Assembly (NCBI GenBank): GCA_000092065.1
Contig: CP000588.1
DNA from: Ostreococcus lucimarinus
Lineage: Eukaryota
Strand: one strand, 5' to 3'
Length of the DNA stretch: 64,000 bases
Each line of letters begins with the position of its first letter. Position 1 is the first letter of the stretch. The notes under the pieces were generated by a model. That model saw nothing but the letters and a program-made list of their open reading frames with translations, had not been told where the DNA came from and did no database searches. Positions 20,620 to 29,418 of the stretch are shown here, one piece after another. A program made the translations under genes and the position numbers.

Positions 20620-23600
20620 CTAGAAGAAATCTTGCAAGGCATCCATCACCAAGTCATTCTGTTGCAAGACTCTGACGGCGCCAACAGTCGCCTTCGCGCC
20701 AGCGATCGTCGTCACCATAGGAACCTTGAGGCCAACCGCGGTGCGACGGATCTCGCGACCATCCACCAAATCTTGAGCGTCACCAGACGAGGTGACAACC
20801 ATCAAACCAATCTCACCGTTGCGGATCATGTCACCAATATGAGGGCGGCCCTCGTGGACCTTCTTCACCTTGGTAACGGGAACGCCCGCGTTTTCTAAGT
20901 GGCTCGCCGTACCGCCGGTCGAGAGGACCGTATATTTCATGGCGACGAGGTCACGCGCTATGTCAACTATGGCATCCTTATCACCATCACGGACGGAGAT
21001 GAACACATTGCCAGAAGTTGGCAAACGTTGTCCAGCAGCGAGCTGCGCCTTGCAGTAGGCACGGCTGAAGTCCTTGTCGATGCCCATCACTTCACCGGTA
21101 CTTCTCATCTCCGGACCGAGCAACGTGTCGGCGCCCGGGAACTTATCGAACGGAAGAACCGCTTCCTTGACGGCGACGTGGTTGAGCTTCACTTCTTCCG
21201 TGAAGCCGATTTCCTTCAACGTTTTTCCCGCCATCACCAAAGAGGCATACTTCGCCAATGGGTGACCGATCGCCTTAGCAACAAACGGCACCGTACGAGA
21301 CGCACGAGGGTTTGCCTCAATAATATAAGGAGTGCCGTCCGGAGTCACGGCGTACTGAATGTTTATGAGACCAACAACTCCAAGTCGACGAGCAAGCTTA
21401 GGAGTCCATTCGCGGATAGTCGCCAAGGCAGATTCAGGGATGGTTTGGGTCGGCAAAGAGCACGCAGAGTCACCGGAGTGCACACCTGCCTGTTCGATAT
21501 GTTCCATGATCCCACCAATGACAACGTTGCCTTCCATGTCGCACAGAGCATCGCAATCAATTTCCGTCGCGTTTTGGAGGTACTTGTCAACGAGGACGGG
21601 TCGTTCCGGATCAACTTCCACCGCAGTGTTGATGTATCGCTTCAAATCGGCAGTAGAACCAACGATTTCCATCGCACGACCACCAAGAACATAAGACGGG
21701 CGAACCATGACCGGGTAACCGAGTTTTTCAGCCACCTTCAGCGCCTCTTCCTCGGAGCGAGCGACGCCGCCCGGGGGTTGAAGGATTTCAAGTTCATCCA
21801 AAATATCGATCCAACGCTCACGATCTTCAGCCGCATCGATGGAGTCCGGAGGCGTACCCAAAATCTTCGTGAAGCCGTTACCGGACGCCGCCGGAATCGG
21901 GTTCGCGTTTAGCGCGGCCTCAAGCTTCGTGGCAAGGCTCAACGGAGTTTGGCCGCCGAACTGCACGATAATGCCTTCCGGACGCTCAGTCTCGCACACG
22001 TTCAAGACATCTTCCACCGTCAAAGGTTCAAAGTACAAGCGATCAGAAGTGTCGTAGTCCGTCGACACAGTTTCTGGGTTACTGTTGAGCATAATAGTCT
22101 CAAAGCCTGCATCGGCAAGCGCGAACGCGGCGTGGCAGCAGCAGTAATCGAACTCGATACCTTGGCCAATACGGTTCGGGCCACCACCCAAAATGAGAAT
22201 CTTACGGTTGTTCGTCGGTTCGGCTTCATCATTTCCATCGTAGGAAGAGTACATATAAGGCGTGTCCGCTTGGAACTCCGCCGCGCAAGTATCGACGCGC
22301 TTCATCGACGGGACGCAGCCCTTGCCGGTGCGGGCCTTGCGGATAGTCATCTCATCCGTGCCAGGGAAAGCGACAGAGATTTGAGCGTCGCTGAAACCAC
22401 GTCTCTTGACTTCAAGCCAATCGTTTTCGCTAAGTTCATCGATCGACTTGAGCGACTTTAACCAACACTCGGTTTCGTAAAGTTCACCGAGTTGGCGAAC
22501 AAACCATGGGTCCATCGTCGTGAGGTTGATGATCTCCTTCTCCGTAAATCCAGCCAGGAACGCTTCGTGGATGGTCACAATTCTTTCAGGGTTCGGAATA
22601 GTAAGACCATCGCGAATGGCGGAGACATCACCTTGCATGAAGCCATCCTTCTTGCTGAGACCCCAACCAGAGAAGCCCGTCTCGAGAGAGCGGAACGCCT
22701 TTTGGAAGGACTCTTGCCAGGTGCGACCCATGGCCATCGCTTCACCGACGGACTTCATTTGAGTCGTGAGCACCGCCTTAGCACCCGGAAACTTCTCGAA
22801 AGCGAATCGAGGAATCTTAGTGATGACGTAATCGATCGACGGCTCAAACGACGCCGGCGTCTTGAGCGTAATATCGTTCGGGATGCCGTCGAGGGTGCAA
22901 CCGACCGCAAGCTTTGCAGCCATCTTAGCGATCGGAAAACCAGTCGCCTTGGAAGCCAAAGCAGAAGATCTAGACACGCGCGGGTTCATCTCGATAATCA
23001 TGACTTGACCATCGACTGGGTTGACAGCCATCTGCACGTTCGAACCACCGCACTCTACGCCGATCTCACGAATAATAGCAACCGAGGCATCGCGAAGACG
23101 CTGGTATTCCTTATCCGTGAGCGTCTCAGCCGGGGCAACAGTGATGGAATCACCGGTGTGCACGCCCATGGGATCGAAGTTTTCGATCGAGCACACGATG
23201 ACGACGTTGTCGGCAAGATCACGCATCACCTCGAGCTCGTACTCCTTCCAGCCGAGCAAAGATTGCTCAATCAAAACTTGGCTCGTCGCAGACGCATCGA
23301 GACCACCCTTGACGATGTTTTCAAACTCAGCCATGTTATACGCGATACCACCCCCAGAACCGCCGAGAGTGAAAGCAGGACGGATGATGAGCGGCATGGT
23401 GCCGATGTCCGCCGCGATGGTTTGCGCCTGCGCCCACGTCTCGGCTGTGCCAGACTTGGGCGTGTTCAAGCCAATCTTGTCCATCGCATCCTTAAAAAGC
23501 TGACGATCTTCAGCCTTGTTGATAGCATCAAGCTTAGCACCGATCAACTCGACGTTGTACTTGGCCAAAATCCCGGACTCCGCGAGCGCCTTGGTCAAGT

Positions 23601-24347
23601 TGAGCGCGGTTTGCCCGCCCATCGTCGGCAACAAGGCGTCCGGCTTTTCGCGCGCGATGATTTGCTCAACGCTCTCCGGCGACATCGGCGTCACATACGT
23701 GCGACTCGCCGTCTCTGGATCCGTCATAATCGTCGCCGGGTTCGAGTTCACGAGCACGACTTCGTATCCTTCGGCGCGCAACGCCTTGCACGCCTGGGTC
23801 CCAGAGTAATCAAACTCGCACGCCTACCAAAGTTCAAACTCGCACCACCGTCAGTCTTTCCGCGCCCGTGTCGAGACGACGAACGAAACACAATTAATTC
23901 TCACTAAACCGTTCGCGCCAATCCCCCGAAGCGTCGCTACCCCGCGCGTCGCTCCCTCGCGATCGCCCCCGCCGCGGTTTGAATATTTAAAAACGCGCCC
24001 GCGCTCGCGTTCGCGATCACCCCCTCCCATCCCGCGCCGTTCGCCTCTCCTCCCTCCCCGAGCGCGTCATCGCGCGCGCGCACCTGTCCGATCACGATCG
24101 GTCCCGCGCCCAGGATCATGATCTTCTTCAAGTCGGTTCTCTTTTGGCTCTTCGTCGCCTGATCCCACGCTCGAAAAACCTCGCTCTCGCCACCCATCGC
24201 GCGCGCCGCGTTCGCGACGCCGCGTTTGAGCGCGTTCGGGCGCGCGTTTCCGCGACTCGCGCGTTTCTTCTCGCGCGTGATCGAGTTTTTCCGCGCGAAC
24301 TCGCGTCGGAGCGCGACGCGCGCGGGGGCGAGCGCCATCGTCGCCAT
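20620..24347 (-). CDS. carB: carbamoyl-phosphate synthase large subunit (plastid-type CarB), 2 exons (24084-24347, 20620-23823)
   Basis: Exon 1 is a transit peptide plus [20 protein letters not shown]. Exon 2 begins [36 protein letters not shown]. Both ATP-grasp halves and the MGS-like C-terminus are present. Total 1155 aa. Confidence 0.93.
23824..24083 (-). other. spliceosomal intron (260 nt) of carB
   Basis: CAG|GTGCGC donor. An ACTGAC box ends 26 nt before the TAG acceptor. The intron splits the invariant GPIVIGQ|ACEFDYSG motif. Confidence 0.9.
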
Positions 24348-24430
24348 CGACGCGGCGGCGCGCAGTGCGGCGCGGCGATCGCGGCGGGGCGATCGCGGGA
24401 CGCCTGGTGGCGTGCGCGACGATGGGGCAC

Positions 24431-24538
24431 ACCGTCGGCGAGTCACGAACCGTCGACGAGTCACGAACCGTCGACGAGTCACGAACCGTCGACGAGTCAC
24501 GAACCGTCGGCGAGTCACGAACCGTCGGCGAGTCGGCG
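24431..24538. repeat. 18-bp tandem repeat, GAGTCACGAACCGTCG(A/G)C x5 plus partial flanking copies
   Basis: Full copies at 24440, 24458, 24476, 24494 and 24512. The repeat lies 84-190 bp upstream of the carB ATG, in the 357-bp divergent spacer. Confidence 0.95.
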
Positions 24539-24704
24539 CGTCGTCCCCGCGGACGCCCGTCGCGCCGTCGGCCCGTCGCGCGCGGGGCGTCGCGCGCGCG
24601 CGACGCGCGCGCGATTCGTTCGCGGACGACGACGCGACGGCGCGACGCGCGACGCGCGAGGGGCGAACGTCGGACGCGTCGCCGGCGACGCGCGACGGAC
24701 GACG

Positions 24705-25367
24705 ATGGCGACGCGACGCGCGCGAGCGACGACGCGACAGCCGCGCGCGAAGGACGCCGCGGCGGACGCGGCGGACGCGCGCCGGGGGAAGGGCGCGGCG
24801 TCGACGCGGGAACCGCGACGGGCGGAGCTGCGCGCGGAGAAGGCGGCGCGATGGCCGATGTGCATGGCGATCGCGATCGAGAAGACGACGGTGGTGCGAG
24901 GGGTGGTCGTCGCGTGCGCGGCGGTGGCGCTGGCGGTGGCGCTGACGTTGATGGATTGGAGCGACGACGGGGCGGGGGCGTTTTTGAGAAAGATTCGATG
25001 GGCTCTGAACCCGTTGAGCGTGTTCGTGGCGTGCGAACTTAACGTTCTCATCACCGCGTTCGTGGTGTTGTTTCCGGTGACGTACGCGCAGGCGGCGATC
25101 GACGAGCGAGAGGGAGTGGAGGAGAGCGACACGCTGCGGTTGTTAAAACTGCCAGCCATCGTCGCGGAGTTCGCGGTCGGGAGCAAGGTGGCGATCGCGC
25201 GCTTGGGGGACGTCATCGTCAGAGATTTTTCGCTCTTCATGGTCGTTTACTTGTCGTTCGCTGGGTATTGGCTCGCGTTGGATGGCGATCCGATCGATAG
25301 CGGCGTCGGCGCGTCGAGCGTGCACGAAATGGAGGGCGGCGTCTCCGTGCACTCGTTGGTGCAATAG
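24705..25367 (+). CDS. hypothetical multi-pass membrane protein
   Basis: From ATG 24705 the ORF has a basic N-terminus followed by about four hydrophobic helices (VVVACAAVALAVALTLM, VFVACELNVLITAFVVLFPV, LFMVVYLSFAGYWLAL). The ORF part upstream of 24705 is antisense to carB exon 1 and to the repeat. Confidence 0.5.
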   Translation: MATRRARATTRQPRAKDAAADAADARRGKGAASTREPRRAELRAEKAARWPMCMAIAIEKTTVVRGVVVACAAVALAVALTLMDWSDDGAGAFLRKIRWALNPLSVFVACELNVLITAFVVLFPVTYAQAAIDEREGVEESDTLRLLKLPAIVAEFAVGSKVAIARLGDVIVRDFSLFMVVYLSFAGYWLALDGDPIDSGVGASSVHEMEGGVSVHSLVQ

Positions 25368-25523
25368 ATGGACGCCGAGCGTCGACGATGAGGATCTAGT
25401 CGTACCATTAGCGTTGTATGAGATGTAATTTTTCGCGCAAATCAGCACGCTCGATTAATCATCGGTCGATCGGGTCGGCGCCGTCGCCGCACAGCGCGAC
25501 GCGGCGGCGAGCCGGTCGCGCGC

Positions 25524-26181
25524 ATGCGCTGCGTCCTCGCATCGCAGCGCGCGAGTCAGACGGGGACATCAGTAACGCCATACCGCGTTCGTCGCACGCG
25601 CACCGCGTCTCGTATCCTCGCACGCTCGTCCTTCGGGTCCGTCGTCATGAGTTCTGGCGAACACGAAATCGTTCGCTCGGGGACGTGTTTTTGCGAACAC
25701 GCCAAAGTCACGGTCACTGGATCCCCAGTGGCGGTGAGCATATGTCACTGCACGATCTGCCGCAAGCTCTGTGGGGCGCCGTTCTCCGCACAAGCGCTGT
25801 GTAAGGCGGAGCAAGTGAAGATCGAGCACGAGGGCGAACCGACGGCGACGGCTTCGAGCGCAAACGTTGATCGATGCCGGTGCGCAAAGTGTGGAAGCCC
25901 GATATACGCATCGTTGATGAAGGTACGACCGTAGATTGAAAATTAGAATTCGCCACCGTCATCGCGACGAAGCCGACTGACGCGCGTCGTCGCTTGAAAA
26001 ACAGGGAAAAATGATCGCCGTACCGCTCTCCGTGCTCAATACGCGCGCGAGCGACGACTTGAAGCCGACGCATCACATGTACTACGGACAGAGAATCGTG
26101 GAATGCGCGGGGGATGGTTTGCCCAAATTTTTAAAATCCAAGGGCGAGCTCTGGACGCCCGAAAGCGACGCAATGATGTAA
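25524..26181 (+). CDS. GFA / CENP-V-family zinc protein (glutathione-dependent formaldehyde-activating-like), 2 exons (25524-25922, 26005-26181)
   Basis: CFCEH...ICHCTICRKLCGAPFS and RCRCAKCGSPIY give the two Cys clusters. Exon 2 adds ...HHMYYGQRIVECAGDGLPKF, the typical family C-terminus. Total 191 aa; the N-terminal 41 aa may be a targeting peptide. Confidence 0.75.
25923..26004 (+). other. spliceosomal intron (82 nt) of the GFA-like gene
   Basis: AAG|GTACGA donor. An ACTGAC box ends 23 nt before the ACAG acceptor. The junction is phase 0. Confidence 0.75.
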
Positions 26182-26322
26182 CAACAAAGCCCAAGCCCCC
26201 GAGCCCACCCAAGCCAGAGCGAAGCGAAGCACGAAGCGACGCACCGCCGCCGTCATTCGACGCCGCTCCGCGCGCGCGCCGTCGGGAATTCGCGCGACGC
26301 GCACGGACAGAGCGCGGTAATC

Positions 26323-27701
26323 ATGGGTGGGGGTTTAGGTACGTCGTTCGTCCGTCGTCGTTTCGTTCGTTCGTTCGCGTGCGGCCGCGTGGGTGCCGCT
26401 CGAAGACGTGAGAATCGTCTCAACTTTTGCGGCGACTGACCGCGCATTTTCGTTCGTTTGCGACAGCTTTTTTGCACAAGAAATCATGGCATACCGCGGG
26501 TATGGCGGTGCAGGAAGACGTGTGGAAGCGGGAGCAGCAGGCGGAGCACGAAAAACGACGGCTGGAGGAGATGAAGAAGGAAATTGAAGACGAGCGCAAG
26601 CAGGCGGAAATGAAAGCGGAGGCGGTTGCGTCGGGTCACGTGATGAAACCAACGCAAGAACGCTTGGAATTCATGTATAAAGGACGCGTTGGGGAAGCTG
26701 CTCCGGCTCCAGTATCTGTAGACGAGCGCGTGATTGGTAAGAAGCGGTTCGAGCTCGCGGTGGAGGAAGGGGCCAACTTGGCGGCGCAGGCAGAGGAGAG
26801 GCAGGAAGAGGCGCACTCGAAGAACGAAGCCTGGAACAGACTGAATGCCGATCCGTTGTTAGTGATGAAGCAGCGCGAGTTGCAGTCAAAGCAGTACATC
26901 ACGAATAATCCGGTGAAAATGGCACAATTGAAGGATGAAAGCCGGGCTGAGAAGGAGCGGAGGCGAGCAAAAAAGGAGGCAAGACGAGACAAAAAGCGTT
27001 CGAGCAAACGCGATAAACGCAGTAGAAAATGCGACTCAAGCTCGGAGTCGAGATCTCGCAGTAGAAGTCCGAAGAGAGAGCGTCGTAGACATCGTTCGCG
27101 CTCGCCACGTCACCGTAGTAGGCGCTCGCGATCCCGTTCTCGGTCTCGCAGCAGAAGCCCGAGGCGGTCAGACAGGCGAAGTAGAGACGATCGCGACCGA
27201 CGTGATCGACGCGATTTACGAGACAGCCGTGGCTATGACGACAAGTACGATCGTAAGAGGCACCGTGATGGAATTGCTCGCGACGATGCGCACGCACAAG
27301 ATGCGTCAAAAGGATTCGGGTTGACGTATGCCCATGAAACAGCCGAGGATGCGGCGGCTATTCGGCGAGGCAAACGATCAAAATGGCGCGAAGAAGAGGC
27401 AAAACGCGCGGCAGAGCGCGCACCAGAGCCGGAATGGCGAGGTGGAAACAACGCTGGTCATAGAACGGGAAGATTGACCGCTGAAGAAAAAGCCGCGCGA
27501 CTAGCCGCAATGTCGGCGGATGCTTCAGCGCACGACGAGGCGAGGATTTCAAAACTGCGCAAGAACGTCGGAGAATTAGGTGAAGAGATGAGTTTCGTGG
27601 AGGAAGCGGCGCGAGGACCCGATAGACACCATTCAGATGCGCCTGCGTTCATCGCGAAAGCGCGTTCATCCGTGTATGGCGAGCCGTCGTCAAGACGTTA
27701 G
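26323..27701 (+). CDS. CWC25: pre-mRNA splicing factor CWC25 / CIR-N-domain protein with RS tail, 2 exons (26323-26338, 26467-27701)
   Basis: The spliced N-terminus MGGGL|AFLHKKSWHTAGMAVQEDVWKREQ matches the MGGGDLNLKKSWHP...VWKAEQ start of CWC25. The C-terminal Arg/Ser repeats read SRSRSRSPKRERRRHRSRSPRHRSRRSRSRSRSRSRSP. The track start at 26427 is TTG. Confidence 0.8.
26339..26466 (+). other. spliceosomal intron (128 nt) after a 16-nt first coding exon of CWC25
   Basis: TTAG|GTACGT donor. An ACTGAC box ends 26 nt before the ACAG acceptor. The phase-1 junction gives the codon G|CT. Confidence 0.8.
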
Positions 27702-27922
27702 TGCGTTAGCGAGCGAGGAGCACTTGTAATTTTCATGGGATTTTAGGTTGTTATTGAGAGTTGCGTGGTGCGGTCCGCTGAAAAATGCACCCTAACTCGT
27801 TCTATGTTATTGATCTACGGTAGGTCTTGTGAATGAGACGTTCGATTTCCAAGCAGCAATCATTGTACACGTTCGATGTCTCAGGCATGCGAAACTCCGA
27901 GGGAAGAATCAGAGAAAAAATT

Positions 27923-29021
27923 TTAGTACATGGCGTTCGTCGGAACTTGTTGATCGAAATTCGGAACGGCCAGCTCATCGTCCATCATGCCGTCCATGGC
28001 AGCCCAATTCTCCGAGAATATGTCTCCCCAGAAATTGTTCTCATCCGCCGTGGATTTCTCCATGTGCTTGCGACCCTCCTCCTCGCCGAGCAAGCCTGTC
28101 ATGAAGTTCTCGAACACTCCCGGCGCCAAATCATCGATTGACGGCACGGTTGCGTCTTCAGAAGGCACAGATGCCTTCTGTTGTCTGTTGTACTTTCTCT
28201 GTGATGGTAAAAAACCGTAAAAAATAGTCAGTCTCTGAGTTCTCATTCGCCGCCTCATATGGACAAGTGAAGATAAACGACGCACCTTTCTCCCAACCTC
28301 CTCTTGCTCAAACTGCGGCACCGTGTGCTCGGCGGCGCTATCACTCGGAGACATTCTTGTCCCAGCTTCTTCACCCGCGCCCATCGCCTCGAGCTCGACT
28401 CTGGTGTTCGCGAACAAAAATCTCTGATGCTTCCTGGACGTCGCGTTCGCCTCGTGAATGCTCACGTCGCACACGCGGCACAAAAACGCCCGGTCCTCGT
28501 GACAAATCACGTACGCCGGATTCATTTGGCACACATCGCACGAAAGTTCGTCCGAGCCATTCCCACTCGCTTGTCTCAATCCGACGCGTTGCGTCGTCGA
28601 TCGTCCACTGCCGCGCTTCGCCGTTTGCCTGTTCGCTCGAAATAATCACCGCGGTCAGTCCAAGGCTCGTTGTGCGGCGGTAATCCAGCGCCACGCGCCG
28701 CGCTGATTATCCGCGCTTTTCCATCGCCGCGCATCGCCGTTCGCGTCGGATTCGCGCGCGGACGGTGGAGAGAATTTACGCGCATCGATCGCCCCGCGCG
28801 CGCGTCCACGCCCGCGCGCGCGCGCGCCGCGACGCGCGCGCCAACCCTCACCCAACCCATGGGTGCCTCGCGACCGCGGCGTTCGAATCCGCGACGCATC
28901 GCGCGCGTGCGCACCTCGTATCGCACCGCGCGCACGCGCACAGCGCGACGCCGGTTTGGGATTCCACGCGCACGACCGCCGCAGGGGCTTCCGCGCACGT
29001 TCCGCACATCACGTCCGGCAT
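27923..29021 (-). CDS. B-box zinc-finger protein (degenerate B-box 1 + canonical B-box 2), 3 exons; 5' exon tentative
   Basis: The canonical B-box is CDVCQMNPAYVICHEDRAFLCRVCDVSIHEANATSRKHQRFLF, but its ORF has no ATG. An ACTGAC...CAG acceptor at 28629 requires an upstream phase-2 exon. The frame from ATG 29021/29009 (MPDVMCGTCAEAPAAVV...ALCACARCD) supplies phase-2 donors at 28851 (GTGAGG), 28914 (GTGCGC) and 28926 (GTGCGA). Model used: 28852-29021, 28286-28628, 27923-28198 (262 aa). Confidence 0.6.
28199..28285 (-). other. spliceosomal intron (87 nt, in frame, no stop) of the B-box gene
   Basis: AAG|GTGCGT donor. An ACTGAC box ends 28 nt before the CACAG acceptor, with a T-rich tract between them. 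The track ORF reads through it as VRRLSSLVHMRRRMRTQRLTIFYGFLPSQ. Confidence 0.6.
28629..28851 (-). other. spliceosomal intron 1 of the B-box gene (5' boundary ambiguous: 28851, 28914 or 28926)
   Basis: The 3' end is well marked: an ACTGAC box at 28655-28660 ends 25 nt before the AACAG acceptor. Three GT donors are phase-compatible. Confidence 0.4.
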
Positions 29022-29418
29022 GACGCGCGAAAGATCGTTCGAAGTCGTCCGCGGACGGCTTTGCGTGTGCCGAAGTGCCGCGCGCGGTCGCGCGGCGTCG
29101 CGTCGCGTCCCGCGCGCGCTTCGTCGAGTCATGATCGGTCGATCGACCCACTCGAAAACCCACACTGAATCCGATCCCAAACGAGCGGCCGACGCGTTCC
29201 CGCGCGTTAGCGTTGATGGATAAGAATATACAGGGGGGACACGCGTTGAGTCACGATCGGCCGAACGACGCGCGGGAAAAAACTTTTTCCAAAAAAGGCG
29301 GCGCGAGGTCGTTAAATACGCGGGAAAAAGACGTTGGACTGTTGGAAAAGCGAAGCGCGACGGCGCGGTCGGTCGGTCGGTTGGGAGGGCGGCCGTCGTT
29401 GCAGAGACAAGGTTCTAT

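Noticed and set aside
20899-23907. Long + strand ORFs (337 aa at 20899-21912; 471 aa at 22492-23907) opposite carB
   Set aside because: They are antisense to a strongly conserved CDS. Their products are Arg/His/Leu-rich with no motifs. This is the usual effect of high GC suppressing stop codons on the opposite strand.
23824-24083. Possible intron-hosted C/D snoRNA in the unusually long carB intron
   Set aside because: Only an imperfect GATGAC, not RTGATGA, is present. The sole CTGA is the branch-box ACTGAC itself, and I could find no terminal stem.
24144-24704. N-terminal 187 codons of the 407-aa + strand ORF, including SHEPST repeats
   Set aside because: They overlap carB exon 1 in antisense and translate the 18-bp minisatellite. 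The membrane-protein-like sequence starts only after ATG 24705.
28872-28900. tRNA-like T-loop sequence GCGGCGTTCGAATCCGCGAC
   Set aside because: The flanking 5-bp stems do not pair (a C-C mismatch is adjacent to the loop). There is no D-arm or anticodon-arm context. The sequence lies inside the tentative B-box exon 1.
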